Below, one piece after another: positions 24,745 through 36,645 of a stretch of 64,000 bases of DNA; within the stretch, counting starts at the first letter, position 1, and every line of letters begins with the position of its first letter. The position numbers and the translations under genes are program-made. The stretch is from NCBI GenBank assembly GCA_030390025.1, contig CM059433.1, forward strand, positions 8,496,001-8,560,000. Reading direction: 5' to 3'. The notes under the pieces were generated by a model that saw nothing but the letters and a program-made list of their open reading frames with translations, had not been told where the DNA came from and did not search any database. The DNA is from Squalus acanthias. Its lineage: Eukaryota.

Positions 24745-25890
24745 TAGATAGATTTTTGGACTGCAGGGGAATCAAGGGATATGGGGATCGGGCGGGAAAG
24801 TGGGGTTGAGGTCGATGATCAGCCGTGATCTCATTGAATGGAGGAGCAGGCTCGAGGGGCCGTACGGGAGGAGCAGGCTCGAAGGGCCGTACGGGCGGGG
24901 CAGGCTCGAAGGGCCGTACGGGAGGAGCAGGCTCGAAGGGCCGTATGGGCGGAGCAGGCTCGAGGGGCTGTACGGGCGGGGCAGGCTCGAGGGGCTGTAC
25001 GGGCGGGGCAGGCTCGAGGGGCTGTACGGGCGGGGCAGGCTCGAGGGGCTGTACGGGCGGGGCAGGCTCGAGGGGCTGTACGGGCGGGGCAGGCTCGAGG
25101 GGCCGTACGGTGGAGCAGGCTCGAGGGGCCGTACGGTGGGGCAGGCTCGAGGGGCTGTACGGGCGGGGCAGGCTCGAGGGGCCGTATGGGCGGGGCAGGC
25201 TCGAGGGGCCGTACGGTGGAGCAGGCTCGAGGGGCCGTACGGTGGGGCAGGCTCGAGGGGCTGTACGGGCGGGGCAGGCTCGAGGGGCCGTACGGGCGGG
25301 GCAGGCTCGAGGGGTCGTACGGTGCAGCAGGCTCGGGGGGCCGTACGGGCGGAGCAGGCTCGAGGGGCTGTACGGGCGGGGCAGGCTCGAGGGGCCGTAC
25401 GGGCGGAGCAGGGTCGAGGGGCCGTACGGGAGGAGCAGGCTCGAGGGGCCGTACGGGCGGGGCAGGCTCGAGGGGCCGTACGGGCGGAGCAGGGTCGAGG
25501 GGCCGTACGGGCGGAGCAGGCTCGAGGGGCCGTACGGGAGGAGCAGGCTCGAGGGGCCGTACGGGAGGAGCAGGCTCGAGGGGCCGTACGGGCGGGGCAG
25601 GCTCGAGGGGCCGTACGGGCGGAGCAGGGTCGAGGGGCCGTACGGGAGGAGCAGGCTCGAGGGGCCGTACGGGCGGAGCAGGGTCGAGGGGCCGTACGGG
25701 CGGGGCAGGCTCGAGGGGCCGTACGGGCGGAGCAGGGTCGAGGGGCCGTACGGGCGGAGCAGGCTCGAGGGGCCGTACGGTGGAGCAGGTTCAAGGGGCT
25801 GTATGGGCGGGGCAGGCTCGAGGGGCCGTACGGGCGGAGCAGTCTCGAGGGGCTGTACGGGCGATTCCTGCTCCTATTTCTTATGTTCAT
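24745..25890 (+). mobile_element. CR1 3' end with internally expanded 3'UTR
   Basis: Normal CR1 sequence before (IDRFLDCRGIKGYGDRAGKW) and after (CCTGCTCCTATTTCTTATGTTC) the array. Confidence 0.9.
24840..25862 (+). repeat. Minisatellite, roughly 38 units of 27 bp (some 26 bp)
   Basis: Unit GGGCGG(A/G)GCAGGCTCGAGGGGC(C/T)GTAC. Confidence 0.97.
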
Positions 25891-26976
25891 ATGGCACTAT
25901 CAGGTATAAGCAACAAAAAACACATTAACACCTGCACGCTGTACCAATATATACACCAATAATAAATTTTAAATTTAAACAAACCTGCTGGTCAGGTAGA
26001 GTGTAAATTGTACCCACAAATTAAACCTGCTTGCACTGGTGCTAATCTCACAACAGATTTTTAATGATTTCCGAAAGTGTTAAATTACAGAGAGTTACGT
26101 CGATTAGACAGCACGGAAACAGGCCATTCCACCCAACCGGTCCGTGCCGGGGTTTACGCTCCACACGGGGCTCCCCACACCCTCTTTCATCTCGCCCCAT
26201 CAGCCTTAACCTTCTCGTCATTTCTCCCTCAGGTACTTATCCAGCTTTCCCCTTAAATTCTGAATTTTTTGAAATTAATAATTTAATAAATCCAGATATA
26301 AAAAACGTATATTGTAACGTTAGACACGTACTTCAACTAAATTATTTCGGAAAGTCGTCACTCTGAGCATTTCGTGAGCAGTCTTTCAAACAAACGCATC
26401 CGCTCTTTTTAGGAGATGTTACCATGGCGGAATCCACACTGAAATGTCTGCATGTGTGTTCTGCAGTCTACTGTCCTTCTGACTAGGGCCAGTCTATAAT
26501 AAGTCCTGTACTGAGGTCCCCAGTTTTTTCTACCACTTTCTTTCTCCATCTCTTTACGATGAAGGAACATTGTTTAATATAATGTTATTTCCTCATAGTT
26601 TTTTCTCTTTTTATTCTCTTGTTATCGCTCTGCTTCCCAGCTCTGTGTTTGTGCGGGTGGGGAGGGGGTGTCACTGTCCTTTTTTTTTGATGAGATACTG
26701 GTATTGTTGTTCCCCCTTAAGGCGGACCTTCGGCAGGGCAATACACTCACCCGCCCTTCTGTGCCTGCGCCAAGCCCGACCCATTTTTGTCTATAAATTG
26801 GCTTTGGAAAATTTAAATGTTTTGAAAATGGAATTCAATTGCTTAGTGTAACATCTGTCCCAGATTGAACACATTGGCCTAGAAATTTTTCTAGCCGCTG
26901 CCAAAGGCCTCAAAATGGCAGGCAGCAAGCGCACGCGCACTTCCAGCCGGAAGCGCACTGTCCGCCATATTGGGTA

Positions 26977-27672
26977 ACAACAACAACAACAACTTGTCTT
27001 TATATAGCGCCTTTAACGTAGTAAAACGTCCCAAGGCGCTGCACAGGAGTATTTTAAGACAAAAAAATTTGACACCGATCCACATAAGGATAAATTAGGG
27101 CAGGTGACCAAAAGCTTGGTCAAAGAGGTAGGTTTTAAGGAGCGTCTTAAAGGAGGAGAGAGAGGTAGCGAGGCGGAGAGGTTTAGGCAGGGAATTCCAG
27201 AGCTTAGGGCCCGGGCAGCTGAAGGCACAGCCACCAATGGTGGGACGATTATAATCAGGGATGCTCAAGAGGGCAGAATTAGAGAAGCGCAGATATCTCG
27301 GGGGGGTTGTGAGGCTGAAAGAGATTACAGAGATAGGAGGGGCGAGGCCATGGAGGATTTGAAAACAAGGATGAGAATTTTGAAATCGAGGCGCTGCTTA
27401 ACCGGGAGCCAATGTAGGTCAGCGAGCACAGGGGAGATGGGTGAACGGGACTTGGTGCGAATTAGGACACGGGCAGCCGAGTTTTGGATGACCTCAAGTT
27501 TACGTAGGGTAGGAATGTGGGAGGCCAGCCAGGAGTGCGTTGGAATAGTCAAGTCTAGAGGTAACAAAGGCATGGATGAGGGTTTCAGCAGCAGATGAGC
27601 TGAGGCAAGGGCGGAGACAGGCGATGTTACGGAGGTGGAAGTAGGCGGTCTTAGTTATGCTGCGGATATGTG
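26977..27672 (-). mobile_element. L2-clade LINE 3' fragment
   Basis: IQNSAARVL...SPISPVLADLHWLPVKQRLDFKIL; (TTG)n tail. Confidence 0.9.
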
Positions 27673-28874
27673 GGTAAGCATAAACAAGAGGCGTCCTTCA
27701 CCCACGACTGCAGTAGAAGTAAAAATCAGGAGAGATGTACAACGGGATCACCGGTTTTAATAACTCCCCCTGGTTTTTTTTGTTGAAGATCCACCAAGCC
27801 AGAAACATTTGGATATGCACACCAGCGAGAAGGCCACTCATCAATCCCTAAACCAGTAACAACGATCACACGTTTGTCCCATCCCTCCCATGTTTTACAC
27901 AGATAAATGTACAATCTACTCTGTCATAGACCCTGGCCCACCGATGAAAATTCTGCACAAACGCTCCCCACTACCCAAGGGCAATCAACTGAAACTCCAG
28001 AATTCCCACACCTCCACTTCTAACTGCTGGCTGGCTGCCCACCAAACCGCCTCAGTGCTCCGGCATGTCAAGTACACAACTGAAATTCCAACAAACGTTG
28101 AAAAAAGATGACTCCTGAATTCCCTGAGGGTGAAGTGGGCCATTCATTAGAGAAGAAAATCGGGCGTGGTGTGAAACTGGGCTAGCGATTTTTCTATGAG
28201 CATGTTTCGTGCCACTGGCGAAGACCAATTTCACCTCACCAGGTTTTTTATTTAAAATAACGCGATATCAGTCAGGGATCCCTTCTTCAAAACACGTGTT
28301 AACAAAAAAGTTCACATTTTCTGTGAAGCAGCCTATCTTACTGGGGTGTGGGGGCGAGGGGAAAGCACTGAGTAGCACATTGGGCAATGTCAGAATTTGC
28401 TCTTGCTGCACATTGGGCCATCCCCCTTTCTGCTCAGCTATTCCTGAAAGGGAAGGAAGCCTCCGCACAATGGGGCTGTGATTTCCAGAAATCCACCCCA
28501 AACATTTAAAAAACCGCACGCCACAAATGCATTTTATAATCCTGGTGGGGATCTCTCTTTTCAACAGGTTTCACGTCTCCTGGCTTTTTTTTTAGCCAAG
28601 GTTACCCGGTGAATATTAATTCCCAGGAAAATCGGGTGGTGATGTTGAGAACACCACAGGAGGGCGACATGTGGGGGATCTGATGCCGAAGGGCAGCAGA
28701 ACAAGAATCAATTTTTCAGAAGTGAGGACGTCAGACTGGCACCAGGAAAGTCAGGCGAACCTGAATTGCTCTCAATAAAAAAAAAAGGAGATCGTCTGTA
28801 AATGAAAAAAAATAATATTTCAGACGCTCCACAAATTTCTTTTGGAAAGTAACAATGGTTGGGACAGTTAAATA

Positions 28875-29231
28875 AATAAGACTTGCATTTATATAGCGCC
28901 TTTCATGACCACCGGACGTCTCAAAGCGCTTTACAGCCAATGAAGTACTTTTGAAGTGGAGTCACTGCAGGAATGTGGGAAACACGGCAGCCAATTTGCG
29001 CACAGCAAGCTCCCACAAACAGCAATGTGATAATGAGCAGATAATCTGTTTTTTAGTGATGTTGCTTATTGGCCCCAGGACACCAGGGATGTCTCTCCTG
29101 CTCTTCTTTGAAATAGTGCCCATGGGGATCTTTTACATCCACCTGAGAGAGCAGACAGGGCCTCGGTTTTAACGTCTCATCTGAAAGACGGCACCTCCGA
29201 CAGTGCGGCACTCCCTCAGCACTGCACTGGA
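28875..29231 (-). mobile_element. 5'-truncated SacSINE1/Deu-like SINE
   Basis: High identity to 9707-10075. Confidence 0.85.
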
Positions 29232-29510
29232 GATAAAACAAAATTAAACAGTTGTTGAGGCTGCCGCGAAACACGAATGGAGGCTGAATCCATATGTGGA
29301 AAACAAGAGACTTTAATTCAACTGCATGGCACAAAAATGGCTGACTAGAAAGTTCCCAGAATTCTCTGGGAAAGCCCTGAGGCCCCGCCCACTCCTGCTT
29401 TAAAGGTAAGGTGCCTTAAAGGGAAGGTGCTCGATATTTGTCCACAGACGGAAGAGTGGATTATGCCCGTTTAGGTGGCGATCCGCCACACAGCTCCCCC
29501 CAGAATCCGC

Positions 29511-32500
29511 TTAGGAGGTGTGGACGAGACGGTGCAGCGGTGTGATGGGCCGGCCGGAGCGGCTCTTGTAGGACGCCGGTGGACGTGGAACGGCCGGGCG
29601 TGGAGCAGCCGGGTGAACCGGCTTGAGGGCAGGTCGGCCGCGTGGAGGTGGACGAGCTACAGGGACCTGCTCACCGGGCTCCGAGTGTGCTGGCTTGAGT
29701 CGGTCAACCGACACTTTTTCGGTCCTGTCGCCCACTTGCAGGGTGAAAAATTTGTCCCCAGCCTGTAGCACCTTGTAGGGCCCGCCGTACGGGGGTTGAA
29801 GGGGTCCGCGGTGGGCGTCGTGCCGGACGAAAACAAACCGTGCCTGGTGCAGGCTTAGTGGGACGTGTGAGGTGGATTCGCCTTGTCGGGCAATGGGCAC
29901 CGGGGCGAACTGCAGCGCCGGTAAGGCGAAGTCGTGGCGTTGCTGGTTGGCTGACCAGGGTGTTGTGGCGGTAGGCAGGAACTCGCCGGGTACACGCAGC
30001 GGCTGACCGTACACGAGCTCTGCTGCCGATGCGTGGAGGTCTTCTTTAACCGCGGTGCGCAGGCCGAGGAGGACCCACGGAAGTCGGTCGGTCCAGGCGC
30101 CGTCCTGGAGGCTGGCTCGAAGAGATGCCTTCAAGGATCTGTGGAACCGCTCACACAGTCCGTTGGCTTGGGGGTGGTACGCTGTGGTGCGGTGAATGGT
30201 CACCCCAAGATTGCGTGTGACGGCGGACCAGAGTTCAGAGGTAAATTGCGGACCTCTGTCCGACATCATGTCGGAGGGGATGCCGAACCGTGCGACCCAG
30301 GTGCTGACGAAGGCTCTGGCGATGTCGGCGGTGGTGGTAGAGGTCAGTGGAATTGCCTCGGGCCAGCGTGTGGTGCGGTCAACGATCGTCAGCAAGTGCG
30401 TGTGGCCTTGCAACGGCGGCAGGGGCCCGACGATGTCCACGTGGATGTGGTCGAATCTCCGCGAGGGGACAGTAAACTCCTCGAGGGGTGCTTTCGTGTG
30501 TTGCTGTACCTTGGCCCGTTGGCAGGCTAGGCAGGAGTTGGCCCAAGTACGCACATCCTTGCGAAGGCCGCGCCAGACGAAGCGGTTGGCTACCAATTTG
30601 ATGGATGCGCGGGTGCCGGGGTGGGAGAGGTTGTGGAGAATGTCGAATACCCAGCGGCGCCAGGACGCTGGGACGACGGGCCGAGGTTGACATAGGGATA
30701 TGTCGCACTTGACCGTGACTGCGGTCGGGCCACAGGCGACGTTGGCCAGGCGTAGCCCTGGTAGGTTGGTGGGTGCGGAGAGCAGATCAGGGTCGGTGAT
30801 CTGGTCTGCTGCGAGTTGAGCGTAGTCGACTGCCAGGTTTGCGGCGTGGATGGCGGGGCGGGAGAGGCAGTCGGCTACCACATTGTCTCGGCCGGAGACA
30901 TGTTGGATGTCCGTGGTGAACTCGGACACTGCCGCGAGCTGGCGCTGCTGCCTGGCGGACCAGGGGTCGGTTGTCTTTGCCATTGCGAATGTCAGGGGCT
31001 TGTGGTCGACAAACGCAGTGAAGGGGTGGCCCTCAAGCAAAAACCGGAAATGGCGGACCGCCAGGAACAGCGCGAGGAGTTCGCGGTCGAAGGTGCTGTA
31101 CTTGACCTCCGGGGGGCGTAGTTGGCGGCTGAAGAAGGCAAGTGGTTGCCAGGCGCCGTCGACTCACTGCTCATACACGGCGCCGACCGCGTGGTCGGAG
31201 GCGTCCGTGGTGAGCGCTACCCTGGCATTGGGCCGTGGGTGCGCGAGCAGGGTGGCGTTGGCGAGCGCGGTCTTGGTGGAGTCGAAGGCGGCGGACGCGT
31301 CTGCCGTCCATTCGACCGCCATCTTGCCGCTCCTGCCCCGGAGGGCTTCATACAGGGGCCTCATGAGGGACGCCGCTTTGGGGATGAAGCGGTTATAGAA
31401 ATTCACCATCCCGAGGAACTCCTGGAGGCCTTTGATGGTGGTGGGGCGGGGAAATTGTTGGACGGCCTGCACCTTGGTGGGCAGGGGAATGGCGCCAGCA
31501 TGGGTGATGTGGTGGCCGAGGAAGTCGATCTTGTCCAGGCCGAACTGGCATTTGGCTGGGCTGAGGATGAGCCCGTGGTCGCTGAGGCACCCGAACAGGA
31601 TGCGAAGGTGTTCGAGGTGTTCCTGCTTGGAGGAACTGGCTACCAGGATGTCGTCCAGGTAGACGAACAGGAACTTCAGGTCCCGAAGGACCGAGTCCAT
31701 GAGCCGTTGGAATGCCTGGGCCGCGTTTTTGAGGCCGAAGGGCATCCGCAGGAACTCGAACAGGCCGAAGGGGGTGATTACGGCCATCTTGGGGACGTCC
31801 GCGGGGTGGACAGGGACTTGGTGGTAGCCGCGCACCAGGTCGACCTTGGAAAAGACTGAGCGGCCGGCCAGTCTAGCCGAGAAGTCCTGAATGTGCGGCA
31901 CGGGGTACCGGTCAGGGGTGGTGGCGTCGTTGAGGCGGCGGTAATCCCCGCAGGGGCGCCAACCTCCGCCTGGTTTGGGGGTGATTATGAGTGGGGAGGC
32001 CCAGGGACTGTTGGAGCGGTGGATGATGCCGAGCTGTTCCATGGTGGCAAACTCGGTCCGCGCGATCTCCAGTTTGGTCGGGTCCAGCCTGCGGGCGTGG
32101 GCGTACACTGGTGGGCCTGTGGTGGGGATGAAGTGTTCCACCCCGTGTTTGGCGGCCGCCGCGGAGAAGGTCGGATTGGTAAGGGCAGGGAATTCGGCCA
32201 GGAGTGCCGAGTAGTCATCCGTGGCCTGGGCGTTGCACTCTGACGCCATGTCGGCGGGTTGACGGGGGGCCATGGCACCCAGGATGGGGGACATGGTGTT
32301 CATGTCCACGAGGCGGTGACGGGGGATGTCTACCAGTAGGCCGTGGGCGCACAGGAAATCTGCGCCGATGAGAGGGTAGAGCACCTTGGCAGTGATGAAC
32401 TCCCATCGGTAGCGGCGACCAGCGAGGTCGAGGGTGACTGTCCGGGTGCCATATGTCCGGATTTCCGAGCCGTTAGCAGCAGCCAGCGCCGGTCCTCGTT

Positions 32501-33323
32501 CGCCCTTTTGGATGTCGAGGGAGGAGGCCGGAATGATGCTGTGCTGAGCCCCAGTGTCGCACAGGAACCGGCGGCCGGTTTTGTCATCTGTAATGAACAG
32601 CAGGGAGCCCGCGTGGCCCACGGCCATCGCGGGGGCTGGTACGGGGGCGGACTTGAAAGAGCAGGGAGGTGTGCACCGTTATGCCCTGGCGCCGAACCGT
32701 GCGTGGTAGTAACAGTGGCCCGGGTTAGTGGGGCGTGAAGGCCCCGTGGGCCTGGTGGCAGGCCCTTGTGGCCGCGTGGTGGCCGGTGAGGGGCACGCCC
32801 AGGCATTGGCTGCCAGGTCCGGAGTGACGTCACGGCTGGAGTGAGCGGACAGCAGCTTGTCGGCCTCATCGGCCAGGGCTTCCAAGTTCGCGAGGCCGGA
32901 CGCCACGATCGCTGGGCGGATGCTGAGAGGGAGCTGGCGGATGAACAGCGTGCGGAAGAGGGATCTGGGTGGGCTCTCGTCGGTGAGGGAGAGCATGTGG
33001 GAGAGGAGGTCTGACGGTGAGGCATCACCGAGGCCTGGAAGGTCGAGGAGGTGGCAGTTTCGCTGATATGCCGAGGCCGTAAATTTTTAAAGGAGCGCTG
33101 TCCTGAGATGTGCGTACTTGCCTTCCTCTGGTGGGTTCTGCAGCGCTGTCCAAACCTTCGAAACTGTGGCGCTACTGAGTGATGTGATGAGATAGTCGTA
33201 CTTCGTCCCATCTGTGGTGATATTTCGCAGCCGGAAGCGAGATTCAGCTTGGAGAAACCAGGCTTCGGGCTGGTTTTCATAAAACTCCGGCAGTTTCATG
33301 GAAACTGCGTTCGTGTCCGCCAT
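29511..33323 (-). pseudogene. Single-frame gag-pol with three in-frame nonsense codons
   Basis: ORFs 33087-33323, 32679-32996, 31164-32627 and 29511-31040 share one frame; KLPEFY...PEAWF Gag start, CYYH-X9-C-X3-C, DTG, YLDD, TDAS, DDE integrase, GPY motif. Confidence 0.95.
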
Positions 33324-33348
33324 TGCAGTGCTCAGAATACGTTCTGAG

Positions 33349-33362
33349 CGTCGGGGTCACCA
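33349..33362 (-). promoter_or_regulatory. Primer-binding site complementary to the tRNA-Trp 3' end
   Basis: Minus strand TGGTGACCCCGACG, 1 nt after the 5' LTR; matches the first 14 nt of the known Trp PBS TGGTGACCCCGACGTGAT. Confidence 0.9.
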
Positions 33363-33677
33363 ATGTTGAGGCTGCCGCGAAATACGAATGGAGGCTGAAT
33401 CCATATGTGGAAAACAAGAGACTTTAATTCAACTGCATGGCACAAAAATGGCTGACTAGAAAGTTCCCAGAATTCTCTGGGAAAGCCCTGAGGCCCCGCC
33501 CAATCCTGCCTTAAAGGTAAGGTGCCTTAAAGGGAAGGTGCTCGATATTTGTCCACAGACGGAAGAGTGGATTATGCCCGTTTAGGTGGCGATCCGCCAC
33601 ACAGTAACTTTACTGATAAAATGACTGCATTATATTTATCACTCTTTGTTTTTGAAAGAGATAATTCATAGAAACAT

Positions 33678-35086
33678 AGGGGAATTTTAATCGTAAACAA
33701 ATGGGTGGGTTTGGATCGTGTTAAATTGTTAAAAATCGGAATCCTGACCTGAACCATCCACCGACCTGCCCACTTCTGGTTTTAACGCTGGCAGGACGGG
33801 AGTGGGCAGCCAACCCGCTGCCAGGAGGTGGGATGTCAATTTAAATATATTAATGAAGCTTGAAGCCTCTTCTTTAGCCTCCATTTTGTGCTTAACTGTA
33901 GCTGGACGGGTTTCACACACCTCGTAAAACTCGTAGTTACAGCAAGGCGACAACACTGCATCCAGCAGGTAAGTGTCTTTACACCTACCTCCTGGGTCCA
34001 GGGTCCCTGCCTAACCCACCTCCTGTGATCGGAGATCTCCCCACGAGGCCTCTGATCGCCTTCCCGGAGCCCCCACCCCCCACCCCCCAACCACTCCGAT
34101 GAGCATGAGGCAGGCCCCAACCTTCTCTTCCCGTGATCCTCCACAGGCCCCGATCTTCCTTCTCCCCCCAGATCCTCCACAGACCTCGATCTCCCTTCTC
34201 CCCCCAGATCCTCCGCAGGCCCCGATCTCCCTTCTCCCCCTAGATCCTCCACAGGCCCCGATCTCCCTTCTCCCCCCAGATCCTCCACAGGCCCCGATCT
34301 CCCTTCTCCCCCTAGATCCTCCGCAGGCCCCGATCTCCCTTCTCCCCCCAGATCCTCCGCAGGCCCCGATCTCCTCTCCCGCTCCCTCTCCCCCTATATC
34401 CTCTCGCAGGCCCCGGTCCCTTCTCCCCCCAGATCCTCCGCAGGCCACGATCTCCTTCTCCCCCAGATCTCCGGCAGGCCCCGAGTACTCCCTTCTCCCC
34501 CCAGATCCTCGCAGGCCCCGATCTCCTTCTCCCCCAGATCCTCCGCAGACCCGATCCTCCCTTCTCCCCCAGATCCTCCGCAGACCCGATATCCTTCTCC
34601 CCCAGATCCTCGCAGAAGCCCGATCACCCTTCTGCCCCAGATCCTCCGCAGGCCGATATCCCTCTCTCCCCCCAGATCTCCACAGGCCCCGAACTCCCTT
34701 CTCCCCCCAGATCCTCCGCAGACCCCGATCTCCCTTCTCCCCCCAGATCCTCTGCAGGCTGGCGCCGGCCCCCACACGATCCCTCCCTCCCTCCTCTGTG
34801 CGGTCTGGTGCTGCAGGCCTACCCTCCCGGAACCAGCCAGCCTCTCCAACTGGCTGGCTGCGGGTGGGAAACAGAGGCTCCAGATGCAAATCAGGCCCTG
34901 CCATTAAAGTCAGCAGGGTCTGCCGGGAACCCAATCTCAAGGGCAATTAGGGACGGGCAATAAATGCTGGCCTTGCCAGCGGCGCCCACATCCCATGAAC
35001 GAATTTTTAAAAAGGCGTTCTCCCACCCGCATCGGAGCCCCCCCATCTCCGGCCCCCAACCCGCCTCCCCCATGAAAATCCAGCCC
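33678..35086. mobile_element. MITE-like element containing a minisatellite and a short LINE-like 3' tail (about 34935-35012)
   Basis: Ends GGGGAATTTT / GAAAATCCAGCCC, similar to other GC-rich TIR elements here; boundaries approximate. Confidence 0.5.
34125..34755 (+). repeat. C-rich minisatellite, about 36-bp unit, about 17 copies
   Basis: Unit CCCCCAGATCCTCCGCAGGCCCCGATCTCCCTTCTC, more degenerate to the right. Confidence 0.92.
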
Positions 35087-35089
35087 AAA

Positions 35090-35745
35090 ACATTTTACAA
35101 CACAACAGAAGGCCAATCAGCCAATAACAACTGTGCTGGCTCTCCAAAAGAGATATCCACTTCGTCTCACTCCGCTGCCTTTTCCCCAGACCCTTTCATT
35201 CAAAAAAAAAACCAAAATATTTATCCACTTTACTTTTAGCTGCTATTATGGATTCTGCTTCTACTAATGCTTCTGGTAGAGCATTCATACCCTAACATCC
35301 TTCTACACTAAAAATAATCTCCTAACTTGTCCCGTTGTTCTTTTGATTATGATCTCAAATTTATGCCTTCATAAAAACCGAATCACCAACCATTGCTAAT
35401 TCATTTTCCCAATTTACTTCATCAAAACCGCTCATAATTTTGCACACTGCTCTCAGTTCTCCTTTTAACCTTCTTTGTTCTAATGAAGAATCCCAATTTC
35501 TCATGTCTCCACATAACTAAAGCCTCTCATCCCTATTATCATGTTAGTATATCTTTTCTGACCATTTCCTGGGCCTTGAAATCGTTCGTACAACAAAGTA
35601 TCCAAAACTGGACATGATATTCTAACTGCAGCCTAATCAATGATTTGTATTAGCATTATCTCTTTTTTGCTTTTGTACTCAATGCCCCTGTATGCCTCAC
35701 CCACTCTCTAATGGCTTAGGAATCCATATGCTTTTTTTTTTCACA
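35090..35745 (-). mobile_element. Old degenerate CR1 3' fragment
   Basis: Residual similarity to 22945-23455, e.g. TTAACCTTCTTTGTTCTAA and TTGCTTTTGTACTC. Confidence 0.55.
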
Positions 35746-36027
35746 CAGTTCAGCTAGTTTTACCAAGTAGTAGTTCCCAAGACTCACAGTGATGTGACAA
35801 CACCTCACCCTAAGGAAAGAGCAGCGTCACCCTAGACACTAGCTAATTGCCTCCGTATGGACAGCAGCACCCACACTTACACCCACACCTCATGGAGCAA
35901 ACTATGCCCGGGAGAGAAATCAAAGCCTGACAAACCCCATCCAAAGACATACCAGCTCCGAGCGACAGGGGTGCCTCCCCTAGACCTGGACGGCGGGGCA
36001 CCCATCAAGCCAGAGACCGACATGTAC

Positions 36028-36645
36028 ATAACAACAGACAATGCTGGCAACACTCAGCAGGTCAGGCAGCATCGAGGAGAGAGAAACAGAGTCGACGTTT
36101 CGGGTCGAGGACCCTTCGTCAGAACTGGAAAAGGTTAGGGAAGAGAGATTTTTAAGCAAGTGCAGGGGCAGGGAAAGGGGGGAGGGGAGGAAAGAACAAA
36201 AGGGAAGGTCTGTGATAGGCTGGAAGGCAGAAGAGATTGAGAGACAAAAGGGATGATGGTGCAAGGCAAAAGGAGATGGTAATGGGACAAGTTCAAAAAC
36301 AAAAGATGACTCTCGATGAAGTGTAAATGGCGATGGCAGAATCATCAACAGCTGCCATGTGAGAGAAAAAAAGGGAAAAAAACAAAATAATGGGGACGAG
36401 GTTATGGTATGAAATTGTTGAACTCGATGTTGAGTCCAGAAGGCTGTAAAGCACCTAATCGAAAGATGAGGTGCTGTTCCTCGAGCTTACGTTGATCTCC
36501 GTTGGAACAGCGTAAGAGACCGAGGATGGAGAGATCAGAGTGGGAGTGGAGCGGAGAATTAAAGTGATAGGCGACGGGAAGCTCGGGGTCACGCTTACAG
36601 ACTGAACGGTGGTGTTCCGCAAAATGGTCACCCAATCTGCTCATT
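36028..36645 (-). mobile_element. Penelope-like element 3' fragment: GIY-YIG endonuclease C-terminus plus pLTR (family A)
   Basis: ORF 36402-36644 RLGDHFAEH...PVAYHFNSPLHS...RKLEEQHLIFRLGALQPSGLN, followed on the same strand by a pLTR with a hammerhead motif. Confidence 0.92.
36090..36126 (-). ncRNA. Minimal hammerhead ribozyme motif, intact core, GUC site
   Basis: Minus strand AGTT-CTGACGA-A-GGGTC-CTC-GACCC-GAAA-CGTC-GACT. Confidence 0.88.

Larger units (their letters stand above)
29253..33601 (-). mobile_element. Ty3/Gypsy LTR retrotransposon copy 2 (CsRn1-like), full length
   Basis: 238-bp LTRs 29253-29490 and 33364-33601 (3 substitutions counted by eye); TSD CAGT at 29249-29252 and 33602-33605; PBS and PPT present. 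Confidence 0.98.

Noticed and set aside
24772..25962. Four overlapping ORFs of about 370 aa
   Set aside because: They are translations of a stop-free 27-bp minisatellite on both strands, not genes.
33080..33095. Programmed frameshift or readthrough in gag
   Set aside because: The downstream sequence is in the same frame and copy 1 has AAA at this codon; it is a simple nonsense mutation.
17210..33601. Segmental duplication explaining the two Gypsy copies
   Set aside because: Different TSDs and unrelated flanks show independent insertions.
34011..34950. Proline-rich or glycine-rich ORFs of about 300 aa
   Set aside because: Translations of the 36-bp minisatellite.
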